From: Flectonema sp. DT1601
Taxonomy: Eukaryota
Length of the DNA stretch: 64,000 bases
NCBI GenBank assembly: GCA_964019425.1
Contig: OZ025792.1
Span: 930,001-994,000, forward strand
Direction: 5' to 3'
The position numbers and the translations under genes are program-made. This document shows positions 1 through 11,257 of this stretch, piece after piece (position 1 is the first letter of the stretch; each line of letters begins with the position of its first letter). The notes under the pieces were generated by a model. The model made no database searches. It had not been told where the DNA came from and worked only from the letters and a program-made list of their open reading frames with translations.

Positions 1-1399
1 GCCTGGGGATTCTGGGTCTGGCAAGAAAAACAGAACAAACACCAAAGCACACAACTATTTTTTAGATCAAAACACGAATGTCAGCAAGTGTTATCAATTT
101 TTCTCTTTTGAGCCAAACAAAATTTAAAAAAAAGGAAGCGATCTGAAAAAAGCACTCCAACTTCCTATAAAATATTTATTGTTATACTTTATCTCATGAA
201 AAACCAATTTCCCCTAACATGATCGAATCTACTTACTCTAATCAAACCCTTTGTCCTCACGTCGGTCTTCCTCCTTACGATTCATGAGAACACACGAGAC
301 AAAGGATTATAATAAAAATAAAAGAACGAGTAAAAGAAAAACATTGTGAATGTGCTACAATGGGCTAAGTAGGCAGATTGTTGCCCAGTCAAGTCGGGAA
401 CGTAATTTTCGCGACAGACGACTACAACTATGAATCAAAAAGGTAAAGCAAGGCATCTGTTGAGTTAGACTCTATATTCACTGTGTGATGGAAGACTAAT
501 AGTCGGCTACAACAGACAACCTCCAGTCCAACCTCAAGAACAGGAACTCTTCTATTGTTCCTTTGAGAGCGATGTTTGCCGCTCAGAATTTCTTTATAAA
601 TTGTATTTGTGAAAACATAAAATGCAAGAACTACAATAAAAAAAAAAAAAAAAAAAAAAAAAAGACTTCATTTGAGTTTGAGCGGAACACATGCTAAGAT
701 TGGAATTCCTTGTTTCTAAACTTTTATTGGGTAATGTCACTAAAGGGGTGAATGACATCTCTGAAGAGTTTGCGGACCAATCCTTCTTAACATTCCTCAT
801 CACAAACACACGTCTGTTCTATTATTATAATCATTAATTCATTTCTTTTTTTATTCCTTTCTTTTTCATCATTTCCTCCTGTTTCGTTTCAGTTTGCAGA
901 CAAACTGATTAACAATAGCAAGTCCTCGTATCTCAAGGTGGTTTAACGTTATGGTTAGTCCCAAGTCGAAATCGGCTTGAGAACTGTGGGAAGAACCCAA
1001 ATTAGTGTGCAACACTCAACCGAGTGCACGGTAAACGTTTTTTCATTATTTTTTACGAATGCAATAACTTTCGCAGAGCGGCAACTCTCCACTGTGACAC
1101 AACAATAACAACAAAAAATCTGTTTCTGGTCTGGAAATTACAGCACAAGTATTCACTTTCAACTTGATACCGAAAAAACAGAATGAACAATATCATAAAG
1201 CACAAGATAAGAAAAACAAGAAAACGGCGACTTACGCGCAAGGGGAACGAGAAACAATTTTCTTTTTTTAGGTGAAGGGAATTTATAATTTATTTTGGGA
1301 AAACCTCTAATTCGGCACCAACATTTCCACTTTTTTTTTTTTAGGAAACCGTCAGCCGTACTTTGTACAAGGTGGCTGAGGTTCCCGAGACGACAAACC

Positions 1400-1720
1400 C
1401 GCAGCTTCGCCCCCTCCCATTCAACACACGCATCTATAAATTCATAGCAATGGATTGATTGAAACACAAACAGTCAAGGATGTGTACTTGGGAAACTTTC
1501 CTTCTGGATCTTCTGCTGAGTACATACAATTGCTACTTGACACGCGGGGTAGTACTTAGTTATTATTATAATAACTCCAGAACTGATGGTTGCAGGGAGT
1601 CTCTTGATAATTCAAAGTAGCCTTAAAAAGCTCTCACGCCTGCATGAGTTAGATACCTGATAATCCGTTCAGAAACAGTGTCGCTGACTACCAGGCTGCC
1701 TGTAATTCGCAGGTGCCGTT
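1400..1720. repeat. Diverged second copy of MULE internal sequence (homologous to about 53415-53730)
   Basis: Shared collinear blocks: aatggattgattgaaa, cttgacacgcggg, ctcttgataattcaaagtagccttaaaaa, gcctgcatgagttagatacc, accaggctg and tcgcaggtg. Confidence 0.9.
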
Positions 1721-4700
1721 GAAAAATCCGTAACTTTGAAAAACTTTTGTGCGGAATTAAGGGTTTTCCCATTTATTTTTTATGTTTTTATAAGAAGTAA
1801 CCTTGCATCAGATGCAAAGCAGTAAACCCCTATAGACGTTTGTAACAATGACGCAATCAAGCGGACTCGTCAATGTGTGTGTGCATTTAGTAGAAGGTAT
1901 TCGTCTTGGAATGCGAAGATGAGATTTACTGTCTTTCATAACACCGATTAGATAGATTATAATTTTATTGATTTGTTTGAACGAGAAATATTCTCATCAC
2001 GGACAAACCGCGATTAAGTAAAGAAGAATAATAAGTAAGAGGAAAACAACTTTATCTGTTTTCTATGCAACAACCTAACGAAGGGACTATATCTTCATGA
2101 AGAAATGGAAAAGTGTCCATGCAGCCTGCAGGAGCGACATCCCTCTGTTAGATTTAATGTCGGGGAGAGACACAACACGACAGGGAAGCTGTCAGAGTTA
2201 TTCAAAGTAAGAAGACATCATTCTTCCTCCATTCAGGTTATATAAAAAACAAAAAAAAGAATATTTTTTATATCTTTTTTTTTTTTTTTTTTTTTTTTGA
2301 ATATTTGTTAACAACAGTAACTAAAGACAAACGTGAATTGAATTTATTTTTGTTGTCATTTCTGTCACGACGCAAAGTTTCTTATTTTTTTTTCCCCTCC
2401 CTCTTTTTTTTTTTTTTTCTTCCTAATCCAGAATTCATATATGAAATAGAATCTGAAATGCTGGGAGGAAGGCGATGACAAGTTACAACAGAAAGTTAGC
2501 ACGTTCATGCTTCTTTAATGACAGGTAACTACATTTTATCATCACAATAAAAGAGTGCGACAAACACACGAGAAGAACAACATCAAGAGAGCATTAAACA
2601 GTTAACAAGTATAAGCTTTGCTATAACTGACGAAGATCGCAGGTAGATTAAGTCAGACCTTGCTTTGCAGGTTTAACAAAATAATTTGAAGGGGTTAGTT
2701 TAATTGTTTGAATTGAACTAAAGATACAGTGACTGGTGATGCTTAACTTAGTAGCCTTCCGAAGTAACTATTAGGTTTCGAGAGTTATCCACATATCTCT
2801 AACCTCATCAGAGAGGCTTAGAAGTGGCTTATTGAAATTAGCTACTTTCTTGATTGCGTTTCGTAAATAAAAAGATTTTCTTATTTAGGAAAAAAAAAAC
2901 TAAGATAGTTTGAGATTTTGCTTTTGACAGTGTAGAAAAAAAAAAAAACAGTAATAAACTTTATAAAATACTAAAAACTAGGTTAAGTTAGTATGACAGA
3001 AAAACATTGCTTTTTGAGGGGATTATTTTTTTTTTTTTTGAGAATATTTATAATAATATAAATACATGTATTGTTAACTAAAGGTAAACACTACCAATAG
3101 TCATTCAGTGAGTAGAATGTAATACGACAGAGGATGCTTGGCTTTACTTATTAACTACCAGTTAAAAGGAATTAACATTCCTTAATAATTAATAAGTGAC
3201 GGGAAGGGAGGAAACAAAATAACCTAAAATAAAAAAGCACTACGCTAGCCACATTTTTTTTTCTGGATCCACTTCATGGTTAAGAGTTAGGCTTTACTAA
3301 AACCCCGATTCGGGATTTCGCTTTCCCAGCAGAGACGCTATTCGATTCCAGTACCACGAGTGTCGGCATTGAAGTTACCGGAACATAAGAAAAAAAAATA
3401 TAAAAACACGATCAGTGCTGTTTACTTTGGTACAAAAAGAGTCGTATCAATAATCGCAAATGTAAAGAAATAGGACCACCAGGGATGCTCACAGTACGAG
3501 AGCGAAGTGTCAAAACCAATTGTGAGTAGTAAGAAATATGTAAAGTGATTTTGGTTCAGGTTACTACCTTTTCCCAAAAAAAAACACTTTACCTCAACGT
3601 TATCTCTTACTATTACTGGTTTGACTTTTCAATTTTCAATATCCACATATAGTATAGTCTTCTATTTGGGTACGGAGAACCTTTCTTTCTTTTTTTTTTT
3701 TTTTTTTTTTTTTTTTCAAAAAAAAAAAAAAATATGTCCAACAACTAATAAAGTGTCATCTGAAGAATGAACTTTCTTAGCTTTTAAAAAAAAAACTTAC
3801 TTTATTAAAATTTAAAAAAAATAAAATAAAATAACATCTCGCACAAAGAAATCTGCTTGACCTTGCAGCACCCGATACCCCTGACCAATTACTACTTTAT
3901 TAACCCTTACAGAGGTAGGTTAATTCATACATTCAAAGTACATCAGTTTGACTGGTGTCACAGCAGTGGGAACGTAACTCTCTCACCTTTTTATGATTCG
4001 CAAAACAAAAACATCAATCTCTCAATTTTAAAGTAAAAGATGAGATATTCGTTTTTTTTTAATTTTAATTTTAATTTTTTTTTCTTTGTTGAAAATTGAC
4101 AAAGATTTTTTTATGAGAATCGTGAGAAAACAGATGATTAAAAGTCCGATTAAATGAACAAAATTTCGCAATAAAAAAAAAAAAAGTAATAATTTGAATG
4201 ATAATAAAAAAAAAAGGCTTTTGTAAAGCGTTGTAAAGGCAAGCTTTAAAAAAAAAAAAAAAATAACTCAGGTTCTGGAAATGATTAATTTAACATAAAG
4301 TTTTTAAAAACGCACCGTTAAAAAAAAAAAAAAAAAAATAGGATCAACTTAATCAATGTAAAAAACACTTCTGTATTTATACCACAAACCACGATGTACA
4401 ACTTAGCCATATAGTAAAGAATAAATAATAAAACCTACATCAGGGTTAAAAACACTTCCCTTCAGAAATAATAAACGACGAATACGTCGTTTATTATTCA
4501 TTAGTTAAATTAATTTGCTTGAAAAAAAAAAAAAAATCTACAACAAAAGAAGGTCCAGTTGTTGTTAGAGAACTTCACAACCGTGTGTGATCCGCTTAAG
4601 ATAAAAAAAAAAACGTTTTACTGTCAATAATAGAAACAATATTTTTAGAGAAGAAAACGGGAAAGTCGACACAGATGCTGTTATGAGCTTTTTGCAATTT

Positions 4701-5052
4701 TTTTTTTTGGTAAAAGTGACAGGATCACTTGACTACATTGATATCAAAACTAAAATAGAAAACAAAAAAAAAAAAAATGTCACAGTAGAGAGTTGCCTAA
4801 AAAGTTCCTTCGTAAAAAAAAAAAACGTATCGTACATAAAATCATTGTTTTTTCTTTGTAAAGGGGAAGGGGTTGTGTTTAGCATTACAAACAATTTCTG
4901 CTCGTAATTCATTCTTCCTAATCGAGTTAGCAGCATGCACTGCATTCGTATCCAGCTGTCCCATGTCAGTTCTTTTTTCTTTTTTTATGTCCCGACTTCG
5001 GAACAGCCAGATAGTCCTTCTGAAGAGAGTTCAAACTACTGTTTCACTCTTC

Positions 5053-6456
5053 TCAGGTGTCACGGCTTGTGACGGTGGTCTTCGATGCCCTCCTATTCCG
5101 AGCAAGTGCTCCCTGCCATGGGGATTTACGATCTATTTTCCTCAGAGAAAAGTCTCCACGAAAAGGATCCGGTAGTGGATCTGGAATCGTTAAAGGATCG
5201 TCCCCTCCTTCACTGCGAGGTGATAACAACAACATCGCTGCATGTTCCTGCAAAGTAAGATGCTGGTAGGGTAACATGCGACTATTCTTTAGAGATTCAT
5301 AGCGAAACAGATGTTGCTCTGAAGAGTTTCTCGGAGTAGGCGCGACAGGTGATGTTTGAGGCGATGCCTGGGGAACCTCGCGAGTTGGTTCGGGTCCAGG
5401 CAGGACCATATCGGGAAGCATCGGGAAGGTGGCCTTCTTCTTAGTAACGGGAGACAACAGAGATTTCAAGCAAGACTTTGGCGTCGCTGGTTCTGAAGAG
5501 CGATCGGAAAGTCCTGGGGAACGTTGCATCTGAATCGGGGAGTCCTTCGTAGATGACACGGAAACCTTATCTTTAAGAGCCATAATCCTGGATGGTGGTG
5601 GTGGTGATGGGGTTCTAATTACTGCGATTTCATCCCAGGCAAAGTTTTCAGAAACATACATTCGAATATCATGAGAATCAAATACAGCAAAGGGACCTAC
5701 CAAGGCTGTGATCTTTTGAGTTAAAATATGAGATTCCCAAGTACTGAATATCCCAGAAGGGGAAAGCTCGGACCGATAAACAGATTTTCCAGCGATACAA
5801 ACAACCTGCCTACATGAAGCAGACACATCGATCACAGTGGAATGTGTTGGATGGAATTGAAGTGATGTTAGACGCTTCCAAGATGGTCGTTTTGAAAGAT
5901 TCAGCATTGATACAGTGAGATTAGGTCTATCGGTGTTTGCTTGATTACCAGAAGTAATTAGAAACCCTTCAGATGTTGGAATCATTTGATGTCCATAAAG
6001 TAAAGGAGACAACCCACTTGCTTCGATAACATCCCAGCAACCTGTTTCGAGGTCGATGACGTGAAGTATCGGAGACGGTGATCCAATGTCGTCCAGAACA
6101 TCTTTTCCTCCGTGTAGATATAGTTTTGAATCCTTACAGCAGATTGCTGGTTGTGATAGGTTCGCCTTACGCTTAGCAAAACGATATGGAATTTCATATC
6201 TTTCTGATCTCTTAGAGAAAGTGATTGTCATCACTTCCCAGTCAGCGTCTTTATCAGCAGACTCTTTTATTAATATCTTTCTTGGGGATACAAAAACTAT
6301 TAACCTTCCTTCCGCACTAGTCAGTAGAGGATCTGTTCTCATCTCTCCCACGTGATAATAAGTTTCACTTCCATTTTCTCCCATTGACTTGCATCGAACG
6401 CCAACTCTTCGATCTTCCCGTTGGATAACACAAACGCTTCCATTCCATACCGCCAT
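5053..6456 (-). CDS. Kelch-like beta-propeller protein with Pro/Ser-rich disordered C-terminus
   Basis: 467-aa ORF with Kelch-type segments (KLYLHGGKD...LHVIDLETGCW; LYGHQM...FLITSGNQ...W). An acag acceptor-like site lies 14 nt upstream of the ATG (AG at 6471-6472), so an upstream exon cannot be excluded. Confidence 0.6.
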   Translation of the reverse strand: MAVWNGSVCVIQREDRRVGVRCKSMGENGSETYYHVGEMRTDPLLTSAEGRLIVFVSPRKILIKESADKDADWEVMTITFSKRSERYEIPYRFAKRKANLSQPAICCKDSKLYLHGGKDVLDDIGSPSPILHVIDLETGCWDVIEASGLSPLLYGHQMIPTSEGFLITSGNQANTDRPNLTVSMLNLSKRPSWKRLTSLQFHPTHSTVIDVSASCRQVVCIAGKSVYRSELSPSGIFSTWESHILTQKITALVGPFAVFDSHDIRMYVSENFAWDEIAVIRTPSPPPPSRIMALKDKVSVSSTKDSPIQMQRSPGLSDRSSEPATPKSCLKSLLSPVTKKKATFPMLPDMVLPGPEPTREVPQASPQTSPVAPTPRNSSEQHLFRYESLKNSRMLPYQHLTLQEHAAMLLLSPRSEGGDDPLTIPDPLPDPFRGDFSLRKIDRKSPWQGALARNRRASKTTVTSRDT

Positions 6457-8699
6457 GCATGGAGTGTATCCTGTTTGTGAGAATTAAAATATGCTAATGA
6501 GTGATTGTAATCTTATTAAATAACGAATTCAATTTATAACAACCAGCGCTGAAGAATAGAAGCGAAAGAGGACCACCAAGTCATTACTTTTTATTTTTAA
6601 TTTTTTTTTTTTTTGTTGCGTGTTTTTCTACCTGCCTTATTTCAGTTAGGCCACCTACACTCAAGCCTCTCTGAATACTCCTCTTTCCTTTTCCCTTTTT
6701 TTTTTTTTTTTTTTTTTTTTTCGCACATGTTGGTCCTTTAATACAAAAAAGTGTGTCCTTTTATTTAAGTTTTTTTTTTTTTTTTTTTTTTTTTCCTTCC
6801 TCCCGTTTCCCTGTAGCAATGCAGTTGTCAACAGAGTAGTTTTTTTCCCCTCTCTCTAATTATAAAAAGTAATATTTTTATAACGCTAAAAATTTCTTTT
6901 TTCCCGTCCCTTCCGACCACCGGAAAGTAGTGAGCACCTATTCAAATAGGAGTAGCATTGTAACTGATGAAGTGATAAAAGTAAATGATTTGTTGTGCAT
7001 GAACCGAGAAAAAAACCGGTTGATACTTTTTTTTTTTTTTTATTCTTCTTTAATTTCAGGGCTTCTAAGAACATTTTTCTTTTTATTGACACTTGTGATT
7101 GCCAGTTGCAAATATTTTTATTTATTTTTTTTTTTTAAAAGGGAAGGAAAAATATTGCAACACAGACAAGAAAGACTTTGCGGATTAGCCCGCCGTGGTT
7201 GTAATAACGAGCAGCTCATGAATGCAGGAAAAAAAAAAAAAAAAAAAACGCACATTTCTTCCAATTCTTTCATATCAGGGCAAGAGGGCTTTTCAAACAA
7301 CGCTGTCACACAATGTTGCATTTCTTAAACTAAGAACCAAACAGCGTTTGTGACTCCAGACACGGCTCAGCAAACGAGACAAGCGGTTGCGGCGGTTAGA
7401 TAACAAAAAATTGCACAGTACAAGGACTCCTTATTCCCACGGAAGCATCACTTGCCTCCCTATGAACACACTAATAAAGAAAAAAACCGAAAGAGAGAAA
7501 GACAAGTAAAAGGGAAAAAATAAAGTTAAACTTGTTGGATGTTGCCCTTTCACAACTTCTACTATGCATGTGGTCGCTATTTTCTTTTTTTTTTTTTTTT
7601 TTTGTTGGAATTTGTTTTTTCTTCATTGTTTTTTTTTTTTTTTTTTTTTTTTTTTTCCTCCTTTTTTCCTAAAGCACTTTCTGCACATTTCCAGCTTACC
7701 TAATTGAGAACTGCTAAGTAGCAACCTTGATTTTGACTCTCTTTCCCATCCATTGAATCCCAGTCTCCCTTTTTTTTAGCACTTTAAAAGAAAAGCGTTT
7801 TTTTTTTTTTTTTTTTTTTTTTGAAAAGAAAAAAACCTAACCCACCCCAAAAAATAAATCAAAAAAAAAGAAAAAAAAAAAGGTACGGAGCCTTATTTTC
7901 CTGTGCAATGTCGTTCATTTTTATACGTAACTGGAAAACCTAAATTAGTAGTGTTACGCTGCCGCTTTTCGCATTCCATCAGACTGACTAGTAGACAACG
8001 AAGAAGAGAAAACTCTGGGGGAAAAAAGAAAAGAAAACAGTTACCAGACGCCGCTGTCCAACCGCCCATGTGGGTCTAAGCCCTTTTTTTTTTTAAAAAC
8101 CCCCTGGGTATTTTATTTACTTGCGTGATTGTTTTTTTTAAAGGACCTCGATCAAGATTGCCAGGGTCTCAGGGCCCCCCCAGCCCTCTTTTTCATTCGT
8201 GCAACATTGCTCCTCCTGATGTTTACTCATTTCATTCATTCCCCCCCTTTTCTTTTTTTTGTTTTTCCCCCTTTCTTTTGAGAACTTTTCCACACTTGTG
8301 GATTACAGTAAGATTATGAAACAACGCGCGCAATGCGTCTACCGAGAGAAAAAAAAAAAAACACACTAAACCCAAATCCCGTATTTGCTGCTTGTAGAGC
8401 AACCTCATGTACCTGTTCTGTTCCTGATTTCGTTCAATTTGTGGAATCTCAGGAGGAGCAAAAAAAAGAGAAAAAAAAGAGGGAGGGGTGTGCCCTGTAA
8501 CCATCGTTACGCAAGTGCATGTGGCTTTTTGTATAGGATGTTTTTTTTATTTTTTTAAAGTTTTTTTTTTTTTTTTTTTTTGGGTGTTTATTATTTTTTT
8601 TTTTTTTTTTTTTTTTGTTTTGTTTTTTTGTTTCGCAAATCACACCAAACCCAGTGTGTAAACAACTTTAGAGGAAATAACTGGCGGCAGGGAAGAGAA

Positions 8700-9786
8700 T
8701 CATCCGTCCTGCTCCTCAGGTTTTCTGTTTCTGCGAATGGTACTGGTTGTTGGCCAGATACGAACCATCCCATCTTCGGAACCGGAGGCGAAGGTCTGAG
8801 AGTCAGGAGAGTAACGGAGATGGAAAACCTGTTTTAATTAAATTTCAGTACAATCAAGGTTATAAAAATTGAAAGTGAAACCAAACTACATACAGGTCCG
8901 TGATGTCCCTTATGGCTTTCCTGTTCCTCACCAGTCAGAACATCATATTCTTTGGCCTTCAACTTACTTCCGACAGCGAGGTGCTTAAAATCAGGAGCAA
9001 GATCAGCACAGTCAGCTTCTTCGCTGAGAGCAAATTCTTGCTTGATAGAAAGATCGTCAGGCTTGAGGAGAGTGACCGCCTTACCAGCGGAAACGATTAG
9101 AAGTCTGTTCGTGTTGAGAAGTGTTTTTTAATAAAATGTAAAGTGGGATATTAAAAAATAAAAACATACTTGTTAGCTCTCGAATATTCAACAGCATTGA
9201 GCGCATCGATCTTCAGAGATTGAGTGACGTACCCAGTTCTGATATCCCATTTCTTAATAATGTTGTCAGCAGCACTGCTTATAATTGAGTTTGAGTCTTC
9301 TCCCCAAAAGACGGTCATTTTTTGCTGGTCATCGTGACCTTCCCACTCCATAATACTGGTATCGTATCTCTCAGTATCAAAAATTCTGATTTTTTTATCC
9401 ATCGCCGCTGATACGATTCTAGGCATCGAGCGATGCCAGTCAACGAACTTCACGCAGTGGGGATGAGTCCATGAGTATTTACAGTCTCCTGTAATAGCAT
9501 CCCATAACTTTACGGAATAGTCACCTGACGCAGTAGTGATGTGAGTAGCTGCGTGGTTAAAACAGGCGCAGAAAACTGCTCCCTTATGACCATCAAAAGT
9601 ACCAACCCAATCTCCTGTTTCTCCATTTCTTAACATCGGTTTACCATCGTGACAACTACTAACAAACCAATAGGTTCCATCAACTATTCTTGAGTATGCA
9701 ATGTGAGGAACTGGTCTTGTGTGTCCCGAACACACCTTCACCTTTGCTTCCTGTGTTAAAGGCATTTGAGGCCTGTCTGCCATCAT
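8700..9786 (-). CDS. STRAP: Serine-threonine kinase receptor-associated protein (STRAP/UNRIP-like WD40 protein), 3 exons, 318 aa
   Basis: Exons 9786-9170, 9104-8894 and 8828-8700, joined by two 65-bp GTATGT...ACAG introns, give one open frame. Motifs CSGHTRPV, DGKPMLRNGETGDWVGTFDGHKGAV and HKGHHGP|VFHLRYSPDSQTFASGSEDGMVRIW are characteristic of STRAP. Confidence 0.92.
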
Positions 9787-9999
9787 GTGAGTGTTGACCC
9801 ACCTCCTCCTGTTAAGCAATATAATATAAATACAAACAACATACGGAAGAAACTGCTGCGTGTAAATACGTAAAAGAGTGAACGAAATAAGTGTTAAAAG
9901 AAATAGGTAGCCAGAATAGTAAAAATAAATAAAAAATTGTAAATATTGTTCATTTTTTTTTTTTTTTTTTTTAAAAATAAAAAAATAAGTAAAAAAGAA

Positions 10000-11124
10000 C
10001 TACCATCCCAAATGTGATGATATATAGTTTGCAACATTTACACCCATTACATGTTGGGCTAGTTGTGACGGATGGCCTGCACAACCAGATCTATTTTGAG
10101 GTATTGAACCAGGAGATTCCAGTGAGATATATTTAATAGGTATTCCCTTTTGAACACCTGCAGTAACTGCTGCTTTTATATTACTACACTCTAAACCATT
10201 ATCAACAATCCAAGGACCACATATTGCGAATATAGGAACTTTTCTTGCTTCATGAATTCGGGTTGCAAGTTGTAAGTATGCGTCAGTCCACTGTTGTGGA
10301 GTAGGAGCTGGATGGTAATTTGCGTAGTCATTAGTACCAAGATTGATTATGATAGCATCAGGTGAAAAGGAAGGAGACGTAAAGTTATAAATATTATCTT
10401 TATTATTACGTAAAGTAGCGAGGTTCCAAGTATACATGGTTGACATATTTGCAGGAGCAAGCCAGCTAACAGCATTGAACAAAAGACCTGCTGCTGACCA
10501 TGCTTCAATATGATATTCCGCGCGTAGTATTTGCGAAGTTACCGTCGCCCATGACAGCCAAGTGTTTTCGTAGACACCTCCATCACAATTTGGTTCAGTT
10601 TTATTAAGTCCACCACAACCAAATCCAGCAGTAATACTATCTCCTACAATCTCTAATTTCCTACCTGACTCACCCCACCATCCAGTTCCTGGTACAGCTA
10701 TCCCCTTATCTAATGTAATAGAGTGAAAAACTACAAGTCCCATATGAAGCCAAATGTTATTTGCTTCAGTAGTCTTTGATATTAAGATGTTGTATGTGTG
10801 TTCTGATGATAGGTCCCACAGGATAGGATACTCAAGGGTTTGGTTATTATTAATTGTTATATTTGAGGTAACGATTGTACTAAAGTCTTCCTCAATCACA
10901 ACAACATTAAATCTACTTTCAGCAAGACCACCAGATCCATAATACGATGAAGCTGATAAACTGACTGATGTCGCTCCAGTCACTTCTAGTGCTAACCCAG
11001 AACCCGGCCAGTCAATTTGAATGCCGCCATCAGAGTTCACAACATGTCTTCCCAATACTTTTAATTGAGAAGACTGGATAGTTACATCAGCGAATAGGAC
11101 TGCTGTTAGTATAGCAATGTTCAT
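10000..11124 (-). CDS. Secreted SGNH/GDSL hydrolase, carbohydrate esterase family 2-like (acetylxylan esterase-like)
   Basis: Hydrophobic N-terminus, CE2-type N-terminal domain (GR...IDWPGSG), block I VGDSITAGFG, block III IIINLGTND and C-terminal GCAGHPS. Confidence 0.82.
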   Translation of the reverse strand: MNIAILTAVLFADVTIQSSQLKVLGRHVVNSDGGIQIDWPGSGLALEVTGATSVSLSASSYYGSGGLAESRFNVVVIEEDFSTIVTSNITINNNQTLEYPILWDLSSEHTYNILISKTTEANNIWLHMGLVVFHSITLDKGIAVPGTGWWGESGRKLEIVGDSITAGFGCGGLNKTEPNCDGGVYENTWLSWATVTSQILRAEYHIEAWSAAGLLFNAVSWLAPANMSTMYTWNLATLRNNKDNIYNFTSPSFSPDAIIINLGTNDYANYHPAPTPQQWTDAYLQLATRIHEARKVPIFAICGPWIVDNGLECSNIKAAVTAGVQKGIPIKYISLESPGSIPQNRSGCAGHPSQLAQHVMGVNVANYISSHLGW

Positions 11125-11257
11125 TTTTTGTTTTGATTCTGTTAAACGAAATTAAACTAATCGTTAGCTTTGTACTCACTGAGAACAGGGAAACAACAAA
11201 AGTGTAAATGAAACAAAACTGACGTTTGCTCCCGTTCTTGTGGGACAGTCTCTTCTT

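Noticed and set aside
594..4945. Short ORFs with poly-Phe or poly-Lys runs here and in other intergenic regions
   Set aside because: They are translations of A/T homopolymer tracts with no protein-like composition.
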